Shown in pieces: positions 24,454 to 39,053 of a stretch of DNA of 64,000 nucleotides (position 1 is the first letter of the stretch; each line of letters begins with the position of its first letter). The stretch is from Auanema rhodensis (lineage: Eukaryota > Animalia > Nematoda), in NCBI GenBank assembly GCA_964057225.1, contig OZ059898.1, positions 9,858,001-9,922,000 on the forward strand, written 5' to 3'. The notes beneath the pieces are model-generated. The model was not told the DNA's origin. It ran no database searches and was given only the letters and a program-made list of their open reading frames with translations. The position numbers and the translations under genes are program-made.

Positions 24454-25245
24454 TTCGAAAATGTTAGATTGTTTCCGAAAAATTATGAAAAGTCAAGTTC
24501 TACTGATTTGAAGAGAATTGTTAGTTTTAGAAAATAATTAAAAATAAGTTCTCTCTACTATTAACTGATTGTCGGCTAAAATATGGTAACAGTTTTTATA
24601 AAAAGTTTCCATGATTAGGATTAAACAAAAAAAAGAATTAAAAAGAAACACTTCTTGTTTACTTATTTGATTATAATACTTGAAATTCTAAAAACAGTAG
24701 AATAAAATAGAGAAAACGACGAAAAAAGTTGAACGATTTGAAGAGAATTGTAAGTTTTAGAAAAGAATTAAAGTTCAGCTATCTCTACTATTAACTGATT
24801 ATCGGCTAAAATAAGGTAACAGTTTTTATTGAAAGTTTCCATGATTAAGATTAAACAAAGAAAAAAATCAAAGAGAAACACTTCTTGTTTACTTACTTGA
24901 TTATAATACTTGAAATTCCAAAAACAGTAAAATAAAATTGAAAAAGCGACAAAAACAGTTGAACGATTTGAAGACAATTGTAAGTTGAAGAATAAAATTA
25001 AAGTTTAGCTCTCTCTACTATTAACTGAATGTCGGCTAAAATATGGTAACAGTTTTTATTAAAAGTTTCCATGATTAAGATTAAACAAAGAAAAAAAATC
25101 AAAGAGAAACACTTCTTGTTTACTAATTTGATTATAACACTTGAAATTCCAACAAAAGTAAAATAAAACTGTGAAAGCGGGTAAAACTGTTGAACTAAAA
25201 CAGTCTTTATAAAATATAAATGATATATTTTTATAAAAGTGAAGT

Positions 25246-25316
25246 TGCATCGGCCGGGAATCGAACCCGGGTCGCCCGCGTGGCAGGCGAGCATTCTACC
25301 ACTGAACCACCGATGC
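25246..25316 (-). tRNA. tRNA-Gly(GCC)
   Basis: Consensus copy. Confidence 0.95.
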
Positions 25317-26222
25317 TTCGAAAATGTTAGATTGTTTCCGAAAAATTATGAAAAGTCAAGTTCTACTGATTTGAAGAGAATTGTAAGTTTTAGAAAATAA
25401 TTAAACTTATTTGATTATAATACTTGAAATTCCAAAAACAGTAGAATAAAATTGAGAAATCGACAAAAACAGTTGAACGATTTGAAGAGAATTGTAAGTT
25501 TTAGAAAAGAATTAAAGTTCAGCTATCTCTACTATTAACTGACTATCGGCTAGAATAAGGTAACAGTTTTTATTGAAAGTTTCCATGATTAAGATTGAAC
25601 AAAAAAAAAAATTAGAGAGAAACACTTCTTGTTTACTTACTTGATTATAATACTTGAAATTCCAAAAACAGTAAAATAAAATTGAGAAAGCGACAAAAAC
25701 AGTTGAACGATTTGAAGACAATTGTAAGTTTAAGAAAAGAATTAAAGTTTAGCTTTGTCTACTATTAACTGATTATCGGCTGAAATATGGTGACAGTTTT
25801 TTTTTAAAAGTTTCCATGATTAAGATTAAACAAAGAAAAAAAAATCAAAGAGAAACACTTCTTGTTTATTAATTTGATTATAACACTTGAAATTCCAACA
25901 AAAGTAAAGTAAAACTGTTAAAGCGAGTAAAACTGTTGAACAATTTGAAGACAATTGTAAGTTGAAAAAAAAAATTAAAGTTTAGCTCTCTCTACTATTA
26001 ACTGAATGTCGGCTAAAATATGATAACAGTTTTTATTAAAAGTTTCCATGATTAAGATTAAACAAAGAAAAAAAATCAAAGAGAAACACTTCTTGTTTAC
26101 TAATTTGATTATAACACTTGAAATTCCAACAAAAGTAAAATAAAACTGTGAAAGCGGGTAAAACTGTTGAACTAAAACAGTCTTTATAAAATATAAACGA
26201 TAAATTTTTATAAAAGTGAAGT

Positions 26223-26293
26223 TGCATCGGCCGGGAATCAAACCCGGGTCGCCCGCGTGGCAGGCGAGCATTCTACCACTGAACCACCGATGC
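26223..26293 (-). tRNA. tRNA-Gly(GCC), B-box mutant (possibly silent)
   Basis: GGTTTGATT instead of GGTTCGATT. Confidence 0.7.
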
Positions 26294-27085
26294 TTCGAAA
26301 ATGTTAGATTGTTTCCGAAAAATTATGAAAAGTCAAGTTCTACTGATTTGAAGAGAATTGTAAGTTTTAGAAAAGAATTAAAGTTCAGCTATCTCTACTA
26401 TTAACTGATTATCGGCTAAAATAAGGTAACAGTTTTTATTGAAAGTTTCCATGATTAAGATTAAACAAAGAAAAAAAATCAAAGAGAAACACTTCTTGTT
26501 TACTTATTTGATTATAATACTTGAAATTCCAAAAACAGTAGAATAAAATAGAGAAAGCGACAAAAAAAGTTGAACGATTTGAAGAGAATTGTAAGTTTTA
26601 GAAAAGAATTAAAGTTCAGCTATCTCTACTATTAACTGATTATCGGCTAAAATAAGGTAACAGTTTTTATTGAAAGTTTCCATGATTAAGATTAAACAAA
26701 GAAAAAAATCAAAGAGAAACACTTCTTGTTTACTTACTTGATTATAATACTTGAAATTCCAAAAACAGTAAAATAAAATTGAAAAAGCGACAAAAACAGT
26801 TGAACGATTTGAAGACAATTGTAAGTTGAAGAATAAAATTAAAGTTTAGCTCTCTCTACTATTAACTGAATGTCGGCTAAAATATGGTAACAGTTTTTAT
26901 TAAAAGTTTCCATGATTAAGATTAAACAAAGAAAAAAATCAAAGAGAAACACTTCTTGTTTACTAATTTGATTATAACACTTGAAATTCCAACAAAAGTA
27001 AAATAAAACTGTGAAAGCGGGTAAAACTGTTGAACTAAAACAGTCTTTATAAAATATAAATGATATATTTTTATAAAAGTGAAGT

Positions 27086-27156
27086 TGCATCGGCCGGGAA
27101 TCGAACCCGGGTCGCCCGCGTGGCAGGCGAGCATTCTACCACTGAACCACCGATGC
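27086..27156 (-). tRNA. tRNA-Gly(GCC)
   Basis: Consensus copy. Confidence 0.95.
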
Positions 27157-28179
27157 TTCGAAAATGTTAGATTGTTTCCGAAAAATTATGAAAAGTCAAG
27201 TTCTACTGATTTGAAGAGAATTGTAAGTTTTAGAAAATAATTAAAAATTAGTTCTCTCTACTATTAACTGATTGTCGGCTAAAATATGGTAACAGTTTTT
27301 ATAAAAAGTTTCCATGATTAGGATTAAACAAAAAAAAGAATTAAAGAGAAACAATTTTTGTTTACTTATTTGATTATAATACTTGAAATTCCAAAAACAG
27401 TAGAATAAAATTGAGAAATCGACAAAAACAGTTGAACGATTTGAAGAGAATTGTAAGTTTTAGAAAAGAATTAAAGTTCAGCTATCTCTACTATTAACTG
27501 ACTATCGGCTAGAATAAGGTAACAGTTTTTATTGAAAGTTTCCATGATTAAGATTGAACAAAAAAAAAATTAGAGAGAAACACTTCTTGTTTACTTACTT
27601 GATTATAATACTTGAAATTCCAAAAACAGTAAAATAAAATTGAGAAAGCGACAAAAACAGTTGAACGATTTGAAGACAATTGTAAGTTTAAGAAAAGAAT
27701 TAAAGTTTAGCTTTGTCTACTATTAACTGATTATCGGCTGAAATATGGTGACAGTTTTTTTTTAAAAGCTTCCATGATTAAGATTAAACAAAGAAAAAAA
27801 ATCAAAGAGAAACACTTCTTGTTTACTAATTTGATTATAACACTTGAAATTCCAACAAAAGTAAAGTAAAACTGTTAAAGCGAGTAAAACTGTTGAACAA
27901 TTTGAAGACAATTGTAAGTTGAAAAAAAAAATTAAAGTTTAGCTCTCTCTACTATTAACTGAATGTCGGCTAAAATATGATAACAGTTTTTATTAAAAGT
28001 TTCCATGATTAAGATTAAACAAAGAAAAAAAATCAAAGAGAAACACTTCTTGTTTACTAATTTCATTATAACACTTGAAATTCCAACAAAAGTAAAATAA
28101 AACTGTGAAAGCGGGTAAAACTGTTGAACTAAAACAGTCTTTATAAAATATAAATGATATTTTTTTATAAAAGTGAAGT

Positions 28180-28250
28180 TGCATCGGCCGGGAATCGAAC
28201 CCGGGTCGCCCGCGTGGCAGGCGAGCATTCTACCACTGAACCACCGATGC
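28180..28250 (-). tRNA. tRNA-Gly(GCC)
   Basis: Consensus copy. Confidence 0.95.
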
Positions 28251-29274
28251 TTCGAAAATGTTAGATTGTTTCCGAAAAATTATGAAAAGTCAAGTTCTAC
28301 TGATTTGAAGAGAATTGTTAGTTTTAGAAAATAATTAAAAATAAGTTCTCTCTACTATTAACTGATTGTCGGCTAAAATATGGTAACAGTTTTTATAAAA
28401 AGTTTCCATGATTAGGATTAAACAAAAAAAAGAATTAAAAAGAAACACTTCTTGTTTACTTACTTGATTATACTACTTGAAATTCGAAAAAAAGTAAAAA
28501 ACAATTGAGAAAGCGACATAAACAGTTGAACGATTTGAAGAGAATTGTAAGTTTTAGAAAAGAATTAAAGTTCAGCTATCTCTACTATTAACTGACTATC
28601 GGCTAGAATAAGGTAACAGTTTTTATTGAAAGTTTCCATGATTAAGATTGAACAAAAAAAAAATTAGAGAGAAACACTTCTTGTTTACTTACTTGATTAT
28701 AATACTTGAAATTCCAAAAACAGTAAAATAAAATTGAGAAAGCGACAAAAACAGTTGAACGATTTGAAGACAATTGTAAGTTTAAGAAAAGAATTAAAGT
28801 TTAGCTTTGTCTACTATTAACTGATTATCGGCTGAAATATGGTGACAGTTTTTTTTTAAAAGTTTCCATGATTAAGATTAAACAAAGAAAAAAAAATCAA
28901 AGAGAAACACTTCTTGTTTACTAATTTGATTATAACACTTGAAATTCCAACAAAAGTAAAGTAAAACTGTTAAAGCGAGTAAAACTGTTGAACAATTTGA
29001 AGACAATTGTAAGTTGAAAAAAAAAATTAAAGTTTAGCTCTCTCTACTATTAACTGAATGTCGGCTAAAATATGATAACAGTTTTTATTAAAAGTTTCCA
29101 TGATTAAGATTAAACAAAGAAAAAAAATCAAAGAGAAACACTTCTTGTTTACTAATTTGATTATAACACTTGAAAATCCAACAAAAGTAAAATAAAACTG
29201 TGAAAGCGGGTAAAACTGTTGAACTAAAACAGTCTTTATAAAATATAAATGATATATTTTTATAAAAGTGAAGT

Positions 29275-29333
29275 TGCATCGGCCGGGAATCGAACCAAGG
29301 CAGGCGAGCATTCTACCACTGAACCACCGATGC
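29275..29333 (-). pseudogene. tRNA-Gly pseudogene (12-nt deletion)
   Basis: Same lesion as the copy at 21804. Confidence 0.9.
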
Positions 29334-30128
29334 TTCGAAAATGTTAGATTGTTTCCGAAAAATTATGAAAAGTCAAGTTCTACTGATTTGAAGAGAATTG
29401 TAAGTTTTAGAAAATAATTAAAAATTAGTTCTCTCTACTATTAACTGATTGTCGGCTAAAATAAGGTAACAGTTTTTATTTAAAGTTTTCATGATTAGGA
29501 TTAAAAAAAAAAGAATCAAAAAGAAACACTTCTTGTTTACTTATTTGATTATAATACTTGAAATTCCAAAAACAGTAGAATAAAATTGAGAAATCGACAA
29601 AAAATGATCAGTTGAACGATTTGAAGAGAATTGTAAGTTTTAGAAAAGAATTAAAGTTCAGCTATCTCTACTATTAACTGACTATCGGCTAGAATAAGGT
29701 AACAGTTTTTATTGAAAGTTTCCATGATTAAGATTGAACAAAAAAAAAAATTAGAGAGAAACACTTCTTGTTTACTTACTTGATTATAATACTTGAAATT
29801 CCAAAAACAGTAAAATAAAATTGAGAAAGCGACAAAAACAGTTGAACGATTTGAAGACAATTGTAAGTTTAAGAAAAGAATTAAAGTTTAGCTTTGTCTA
29901 CTATTAACTGATTATCGGCTAAAATATGATAACAGTTTTTATTAAAAGTTTCCATGATTAAGATTAAACAAAGAAAAAAAATCAAAGAGAAACACTTCTT
30001 GTTTACTAATTTGATTATAACACTTGAAATTCCAACAAAAGTAAAAAAAAACTGTGAAAGCGGGTAAAACTGTTGAACTAAAACAGTCTTTATAAAATAT
30101 AAATGATATTTTTTTATAAAAGTGAAGT

Positions 30129-30199
30129 TGCATCGGCGGGGAATCGAACCCGGGTCGCCCGCGTGGCAGGCGAACATTCTACCACTGAACCACCGATGC
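30129..30199 (-). tRNA. tRNA-Gly(GCC), two point variants
   Basis: AATGTTCG and TTCCCCGCCG. Confidence 0.78.
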
Positions 30200-30993
30200 T
30201 TCGAAAATGTTAGATTGTTTCCGAAAAATTATGAAAAGTCAAGTTCTACTGATTTGAAGAGAATTGTTAGTTTTAGAAAATAATTAAAAATAAGTTCTCT
30301 CTACTATTAACTGATTGTCGGCTAAAATATGGTAACAGTTTTTATAAAAAGTTTCCATGATTAGGATTAAACAAAAAAAAGAATTAAAAAGAAACACTTC
30401 TTGTTTACTTACTTGATTATACTACTTGAAATTCGAAAAAAGTAAAAAACAATTGAGAAAGCAACATAAACAGTTGAACGATTTGAAGAGAATTGTAAGT
30501 TTAAGAAAAGAATTAAAGTTTAGCTTTGTCTACTATTAACTGATTATCGGCTGAAATATGGTGACAGTTTTTTATTAAAAGTTTCCATGATTAAGATTAA
30601 ACAAAGAAAAAAAAATCAAAGAGAAACACTTCTTGTTTACTTATTTGATTATAACACTTGAAATTCCAACAAAAGTAAAGTAAAACTGTTAAAGCGAGTA
30701 AAACTGTTGAACGATTTGAAGACAATTGTAAGTTGAAGAAAAAAATTAAAGTTTAGCTCTCTCTACTATTAACTGAATGTCGGCTGAAATAAGGTAACAG
30801 TTTTTATTAAAAGTTTCCATGATTTAGATTAAACAAAGAAAAAAAATCAAAGAGAAACACTTCTTGTTTACTAATTTGATTATAACACTTGAAAATCCAA
30901 CAAAAGTAAAATAAAACTGTGAAAGCGGGTAAAACTGTTGAACTAAAACAGTCTTTATAAAATATAAATGATATATTTTTATAAAAGTGAAGT

Positions 30994-31064
30994 TGCATCG
31001 GCCGGGAATCGAAACCGGGTCGCCCGCGTGGCAGGCGAGCATTCTACCACTGAACCACCGATGC
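30994..31064 (-). tRNA. tRNA-Gly(GCC), T-stem/B-box variant
   Basis: CCGGTTTCGA instead of CCGGGTTCGA. Confidence 0.72.
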
Positions 31065-31626
31065 TTCGAAAATGTTAGATTGTTTCCGAAAAATTATGAA
31101 AAGTCAAGTTCTACTGATTTGAAGAGAATTGTAAGTTTTAGAAAAGAATTAAAGTTCAGCTATCTCTACTATTAACTGATTATCGGCTAAAATAAGGTAA
31201 CAGTTTTTATTGAAAGTTTCCATGATTAAGATTAAACAAAGAAAAAAATCAAAGAGAAACACTTCTTGTTTACTTACTTGATTATAATACTTGAAATTCC
31301 AAAAACAGTAAAATAAAATTGAAAAAGCGACAAAAACAGTTGAACGATTTGAAGACAATTGTAAGTTGAAGAATAAAATTAAAGTTTAGCTCTCTCTACT
31401 ATTAACTGAATGTCGGCTAAAATATGGTAACAGTTTTTATTAAAAGTTTCCATGATTAAGATTAAACAAAGAAAAAAAATCAAAGAGAAACACTTCTTGT
31501 TTACTAATTTGATTATAACACTTGAAATTCCAACAAAAGTAAAATAAAACTGTGAAAGCGGGTAAAACTGTTGAACTAAAACAGTCTTTATAAAATATAA
31601 ATGATATATTTTTATAAAAGTGAAGT

Positions 31627-31697
31627 TGCATCGGCCGGGAATCGAACCCGGGTCGCCCGCGTGGCAGGCGAGCATTCTACCACTGAACCACCGATGC
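31627..31697 (-). tRNA. tRNA-Gly(GCC)
   Basis: Consensus copy. Confidence 0.95.
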
Positions 31698-32602
31698 TTC
31701 GAAAATGTTAGATTGTTTCCGAAAAATTATGAAAAGTCAAGTTCTACTGATTTGAAGAGAATTGTAAGTTTTAGAAAATAATTAAACTTATTTGATTATA
31801 ATACTTGAAATTCCAAAAACAGTAGAATAAAATTGAGAAATCGACAAAAACAGTTGAACGATTTGAAGAGAATTGTAAGCTTTAGAAAAGAATTAAAGTT
31901 CAGCTATCTCTACTATTAACTGACTATCGGCTAGAATAAGGTAACAGTTTTTATTGAAAGTTTCCATGATTAAGATTGAACAAAAAAAAAATTAGAGAGA
32001 AACACTTCTTGTTTACTTACTTGATTATAATACTTGAAATTCCAAAAACAGTAAAATAAAATTGAGAAAGCGACAAAAACAGTTGAACGATTTGAAGACA
32101 ATTGTAAGTTTAAGAAAAGAATTAAAGTTTAGCTTTGTCTACTATTAACTGATTATCGGCTGAAATATGGTGACAGTTTTTTTTTAAAAGTTTCCATGAT
32201 TAAGATTAAACAAAGAAAAAAAAATCAAAGAGAAACACTTCTTGTTTACTAATTTGATTATAACACTTGAAATTCCAACAAAAGTAAAGTAAAACTGTTA
32301 AAGCGAGTAAAACTGTTGAACAATTTGAAGACAATTGTAAGTTGAAAAAAAAAATTAAAGTTTAGCTCTCTCTACTATTAACTGAATGTCGGCTAAAATA
32401 TGATAACAGTTTTTATTAAAAGTTTCCATGATTAAGATTAAACAAAGAAAAAAAATCAAAGAGAAACACTTCTTGTTTACTAATTTGATTATAACACTTG
32501 AAATTCCAACAAAAGTAAAATAAAACTGTGAAAGCGGGTAAAACTGTTGAACTAAAACAGTCTTTATAAAATATAAACGATAAATTTTTATAAAAGTGAA
32601 GT

Positions 32603-32673
32603 TGCATCGGCCGGGAATCAAACCCGGGTCGCCCGCGTGGCAGGCAAGCATTCTACCACTGAACCACCGATGC
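32603..32673 (-). tRNA. tRNA-Gly(GCC), B-box mutant plus anticodon-stem variant
   Basis: GGTTTGATT and GCTTGCC. Confidence 0.65.
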
Positions 32674-33465
32674 TTCGAAAATGTTAGATTGTTTCCGAAA
32701 AATTATGAAAAGTCAAGTTCTACTGATTTGAAGAGAATTGTAAGTTTTAGAAAAGAATTAAAGTTCAGCTATCTCTACTATTAACTGATTATCGGCTAAA
32801 ATAAGGTAACAGTTTTTATTGAAAGTTTCCATGATTAAGATTAAACAAAGAAAAAAAATCAAAGAGAAACACTTCTTGTTTACTTATTTGATTATAATAC
32901 TTGAAATTCCAAAAACAGTAGAATAAAATAGAGAAAGCGACAAAAAAAGTTGAACGATTTGAAGAGAATTGTAAGTTTTAGAAAAGAATTAAAGTTCAGC
33001 TATCTCTACTATTAACTGATTATCGGCTAAAATAAGGTAACAGTTTTTATTGAAAGTTTCCATGATTAAGATTAAACAAAGAAAAAAATCAAAGAGAAAC
33101 ACTTCTTGTTTACTTACTTGATTATAATACTTGAAATTCCAAAAACAGTAAAATAAAATTGAAAAAGCGACAAAAACAGTTGAACGATTTGAAGACAATT
33201 GTAAGTTGAAGAATAAAATTAAAGTTTAGCTCTCTCTACTATTAACTGAATGTCGGCTAAAATATGGTAACAGTTTTTATTAAAAGTTTCCATGATTAAG
33301 ATTAAACAAAGAAAAAAATCAAAGAGAAACACTTCTTGTTTACTAATTTGATTATAACACTTGAAATTCCAACAAAAGTAAAATAAAACTGTGAAAGCGG
33401 GTAAAACTGTTGAACTAAAACAGTCTTTATAAAATATAAATGATATATTTTTATAAAAGTGAAGT

Positions 33466-33536
33466 TGCATCGGCCGGGAATCGAACCCGGGTCGCCCGCG
33501 TGGCAGGCGAGCATTCTACCACTGAACCACCGATGC
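33466..33536 (-). tRNA. tRNA-Gly(GCC)
   Basis: Consensus copy. Confidence 0.95.
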
Positions 33537-34559
33537 TTCGAAAATGTTAGATTGTTTCCGAAAAATTATGAAAAGTCAAGTTCTACTGATTTGAAGAGAA
33601 TTGTAAGTTTTAGAAAATAATTAAAAATTAGTTCTCTCTACTATTAACTGATTGTCGGCTAAAATATGGTAACAGTTTTTATAAAAAGTTTCCATGATTA
33701 GGATTAAACAAAAAAAAGAATTAAAGAGAAACAATTTTTGTTTACTTATTTGATTATAATACTTGAAATTCCAAAAACAGTAGAATAAAATTGAGAAATC
33801 GACAAAAACAGTTGAACGATTTGAAGAGAATTGTAAGTTTTAGAAAAGAATTAAAGTTCAGCTATCTCTACTATTAACTGACTATCGGCTAGAATAAGGT
33901 AACAGTTTTTATTGAAAGTTTCCATGATTAAGATTGAACAAAAAAAAAATTAGAGAGAAACACTTCTTGTTTACTTACTTGATTATAATACTTGAAATTC
34001 CAAAAACAGTAAAATAAAATTGAGAAAGCGACAAAAACAGTTGAACGATTTGAAGACAATTGTAAGTTTAAGAAAAGAATTAAAGTTTAGCTTTGTCTAC
34101 TATTAACTGATTATCGGCTGAAATATGGTGACAGTTTTTTTTTAAAAGCTTCCATGATTAAGATTAAACAAAGAAAAAAAATCAAAGAGAAACACTTCTT
34201 GTTTACTAATTTGATTATAACACTTGAAATTCCAACAAAAGTAAAGTAAAACTGTTAAAGCGAGTAAAACTGTTGAACAATTTGAAGACAATTGTAAGTT
34301 GAAAAAAAAAATTAAAGTTTAGCTCTCTCTACTATTAACTGAATGTCGGCTAAAATATGATAACAGTTTTTATTAAAAGTTTCCATGATTAAGATTAAAC
34401 AAAGAAAAAAAATCAAAGAGAAACACTTCTTGTTTACTAATTTCATTATAACACTTGAAATTCCAACAAAAGTAAAATAAAACTGTGAAAGCGGGTAAAA
34501 CTGTTGAACTAAAACAGTCTTTATAAAATATAAATGATATTTTTTTATAAAAGTGAAGT

Positions 34560-34630
34560 TGCATCGGCCGGGAATCGAACCCGGGTCGCCCGCGTGGCAG
34601 GCGAGCATTCTACCACTGAACCACCGATGC
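34560..34630 (-). tRNA. tRNA-Gly(GCC)
   Basis: Consensus copy. Confidence 0.95.
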
Positions 34631-35654
34631 TTCGAAAATGTTAGATTGTTTCCGAAAAATTATGAAAAGTCAAGTTCTACTGATTTGAAGAGAATTGTTA
34701 GTTTTAGAAAATAATTAAAAATAAGTTCTCTCTACTATTAACTGATTGTCGGCTAAAATATGGTAACAGTTTTTATAAAAAGTTTCCATGATTAGGATTA
34801 AACAAAAAAAAGAATTAAAAAGAAACACTTCTTGTTTACTTACTTGATTATACTACTTGAAATTCGAAAAAAAGTAAAAAACAATTGAGAAAGCGACATA
34901 AACAGTTGAACGATTTGAAGAGAATTGTAAGTTTTAGAAAAGAATTAAAGTTCAGCTATCTCTACTATTAACTGACTATCGGCTAGAATAAGGTAACAGT
35001 TTTTATTGAAAGTTTCCATGATTAAGATTGAACAAAAAAAAAATTAGAGAGAAACACTTCTTGTTTACTTACTTGATTATAATACTTGAAATTCCAAAAA
35101 CAGTAAAATAAAATTGAGAAAGCGACAAAAACAGTTGAACGATTTGAAGACAATTGTAAGTTTAAGAAAAGAATTAAAGTTTAGCTTTGTCTACTATTAA
35201 CTGATTATCGGCTGAAATATGGTGACAGTTTTTTTTTAAAAGTTTCCATGATTAAGATTAAACAAAGAAAAAAAAATCAAAGAGAAACACTTCTTGTTTA
35301 CTAATTTGATTATAACACTTGAAATTCCAACAAAAGTAAAGTAAAACTGTTAAAGCGAGTAAAACTGTTGAACAATTTGAAGACAATTGTAAGTTGAAAA
35401 AAAAAATTAAAGTTTAGCTCTCTCTACTATTAACTGAATGTCGGCTAAAATATGATAACAGTTTTTATTAAAAGTTTCCATGATTAAGATTAAACAAAGA
35501 AAAAAAATCAAAGAGAAACACTTCTTGTTTACTAATTTGATTATAACACTTGAAAATCCAACAAAAGTAAAATAAAACTGTGAAAGCGGGTAAAACTGTT
35601 GAACTAAAACAGTCTTTATAAAATATAAATGATATATTTTTATAAAAGTGAAGT

Positions 35655-35713
35655 TGCATCGGCCGGGAATCGAACCAAGGCAGGCGAGCATTCTACCACT
35701 GAACCACCGATGC
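35655..35713 (-). pseudogene. tRNA-Gly pseudogene (12-nt deletion)
   Basis: Same lesion as the copies at 21804 and 29275. Confidence 0.9.
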
Positions 35714-36508
35714 TTCGAAAATGTTAGATTGTTTCCGAAAAATTATGAAAAGTCAAGTTCTACTGATTTGAAGAGAATTGTAAGTTTTAGAAAATAATTA
35801 AAAATTAGTTCTCTCTACTATTAACTGATTGTCGGCTAAAATAAGGTAACAGTTTTTATTTAAAGTTTTCATGATTAGGATTAAAAAAAAAAGAATCAAA
35901 AAGAAACACTTCTTGTTTACTTATTTGATTATAATACTTGAAATTCCAAAAACAGTAGAATAAAATTGAGAAATCGACAAAAAATGATCAGTTGAACGAT
36001 TTGAAGAGAATTGTAAGTTTTAGAAAAGAATTAAAGTTCAGCTATCTCTACTATTAACTGACTATCGGCTAGAATAAGGTAACAGTTTTTATTGAAAGTT
36101 TCCATGATTAAGATTGAACAAAAAAAAAAATTAGAGAGAAACACTTCTTGTTTACTTACTTGATTATAATACTTGAAATTCCAAAAACAGTAAAATAAAA
36201 TTGAGAAAGCGACAAAAACAGTTGAACGATTTGAAGACAATTGTAAGTTTAAGAAAAGAATTAAAGTTTAGCTTTGTCTACTATTAACTGATTATCGGCT
36301 AAAATATGATAACAGTTTTTATTAAAAGTTTCCATGATTAAGATTAAACAAAGAAAAAAAATCAAAGAGAAACACTTCTTGTTTACTAATTTGATTATAA
36401 CACTTGAAATTCCAACAAAAGTAAAAAAAAACTGTGAAAGCGGGTAAAACTGTTGAACTAAAACAGTCTTTATAAAATATAAATGATATTTTTTTATAAA
36501 AGTGAAGT

Positions 36509-36579
36509 TGCATCGGCGGGGAATCGAACCCGGGTCGCCCGCGTGGCAGGCGAACATTCTACCACTGAACCACCGATGC
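36509..36579 (-). tRNA. tRNA-Gly(GCC), two point variants
   Basis: Same variants as the copy at 30129. Confidence 0.78.
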
Positions 36580-37373
36580 TTCGAAAATGTTAGATTGTTT
36601 CCGAAAAATTATGAAAAGTCAAGTTCTACTGATTTGAAGAGAATTGTTAGTTTTAGAAAATAATTAAAAATAAGTTCTCTCTACTATTAACTGATTGTCG
36701 GCTAAAATATGGTAACAGTTTTTATAAAAAGTTTCCATGATTAGGATTAAACAAAAAAAAGAATTAAAAAGAAACACTTCTTGTTTACTTACTTGATTAT
36801 ACTACTTGAAATTCGAAAAAAGTAAAAAACAATTGAGAAAGCAACATAAACAGTTGAACGATTTGAAGAGAATTGTAAGTTTAAGAAAAGAATTAAAGTT
36901 TAGCTTTGTCTACTATTAACTGATTATCGGCTGAAATATGGTGACAGTTTTTTATTAAAAGTTTCCATGATTAAGATTAAACAAAGAAAAAAAAATCAAA
37001 GAGAAACACTTCTTGTTTACTTATTTGATTATAACACTTGAAATTCCAACAAAAGTAAAGTAAAACTGTTAAAGCGAGTAAAACTGTTGAACGATTTGAA
37101 GACAATTGTAAGTTGAAGAAAAAAATTAAAGTTTAGCTCTCTCTACTATTAACTGAATGTCGGCTGAAATAAGGTAACAGTTTTTATTAAAAGTTTCCAT
37201 GATTTAGATTAAACAAAGAAAAAAAATCAAAGAGAAACACTTCTTGTTTACTAATTTGATTATAACACTTGAAAATCCAACAAAAGTAAAATAAAACTGT
37301 GAAAGCGGGTAAAACTGTTGAACTAAAACAGTCTTTATAAAATATAAATGATATATTTTTATAAAAGTGAAGT

Positions 37374-37444
37374 TGCATCGGCCGGGAATCGAAACCGGGT
37401 CGCCCGCGTGGCAGGCGAGCATTCTACCACTGAACCACCGATGC
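37374..37444 (-). tRNA. tRNA-Gly(GCC), T-stem/B-box variant
   Basis: Same variant as the copy at 30994. Confidence 0.72.
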
Positions 37445-38006
37445 TTCGAAAATGTTAGATTGTTTCCGAAAAATTATGAAAAGTCAAGTTCTACTGATTT
37501 GAAGAGAATTGTAAGTTTTAGAAAAGAATTAAAGTTTAGCTATCTCTACTATTAACTGATTATCGGCTAAAATAAGGTAACAGTTTTTATTGAAAGTTTC
37601 CATGATTAAGATTAAACAAAGAAAAAAATCAAAGAGAAACACTTCTTGTTTACTTACTTGATTATAATACTTGAAATTCCAAAAACAGTAAAATAAAATT
37701 GAAAAAGCGACAAAAACAGTTGAACGATTTGAAGACAATTGTAAGTTGAAGAATAAAATTAAAGTTTAGCTCTCTCTACTATTAACTGAATGTCGGCTAA
37801 AATATGGTAACAGTTTTTATTAAAAGTTTCCATGATTAAGATTAAACAAAGAAAAAAAATCAAAGAGAAACACTTCTTGTTTACTAATTTGATTATAACA
37901 CTTGAAATTCCAACAAAAGTAAAATAAAACTGTGAAAGCGGGTAAAACTGTTGAACTAAAACAGTCTTTATAAAATATAAATGATATATTTTTATAAAAG
38001 TGAAGT

Positions 38007-38077
38007 TGCATCGGCCGGGAATCGAACCCGGGTCGCCCGCGTGGCAGGCGAGCATTCTACCACTGAACCACCGATGC
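38007..38077 (-). tRNA. tRNA-Gly(GCC)
   Basis: Consensus copy. Confidence 0.95.
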
Positions 38078-38982
38078 TTCGAAAATGTTAGATTGTTTCC
38101 GAAAAATTATGAAAAGTCAAGTTCTACTGATTTGAAGAGAATTGTAAGTTTTAGAAAATAATTAAACTTATTTGATTATAATACTTGAAATTCCAAAAAC
38201 AGTAGAATAAAATTGAGAAATCGACAAAAACAGTTGAACGATTTGAAGAGAATTGTAAGCTTTAGAAAAGAATTAAAGTTCAGCTATCTCTACTATTAAC
38301 TGACTATCGGCTAGAATAAGGTAACAGTTTTTATTGAAAGTTTCCATGATTAAGATTGAACAAAAAAAAAATTAGAGAGAAACACTTCTTGTTTACTTAC
38401 TTGATTATAATACTTGAAATTCCAAAAACAGTAAAATAAAATTGAGAAAGCGACAAAAACAGTTGAACGATTTGAAGACAATTGTAAGTTTAAGAAAAGA
38501 ATTAAAGTTTAGCTTTGTCTACTATTAACTGATTATCGGCTGAAATATGGTGACAGTTTTTTTTTAAAAGTTTCCATGATTAAGATTAAACAAAGAAAAA
38601 AAAATCAAAGAGAAACACTTCTTGTTTACTAATTTGATTATAACACTTGAAATTCCAACAAAAGTAAAGTAAAACTGTTAAAGCGAGTAAAACTGTTGAA
38701 CAATTTGAAGACAATTGTAAGTTGAAAAAAAAAATTAAAGTTTAGCTCTCTCTACTATTAACTGAATGTCGGCTAAAATATGATAACAGTTTTTATTAAA
38801 AGTTTCCATGATTAAGATTAAACAAAGAAAAAAAATCAAAGAGAAACACTTCTTGTTTACTAATTTGATTATAACACTTGAAATTCCAACAAAAGTAAAA
38901 TAAAACTGTGAAAGCGGGTAAAACTGTTGAACTAAAACAGTCTTTATAAAATATAAACGATTTATTTTTATAAAAGTGAAGT

Positions 38983-39053
38983 TGCATCGGCCGGGAATCA
39001 AACCCGGGTCGCCCGCGTGGCAGGCGAGCATTCTACCACTGAACCACCGATGC
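38983..39053 (-). tRNA. tRNA-Gly(GCC), B-box mutant
   Basis: GGTTTGATT. Confidence 0.7.
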
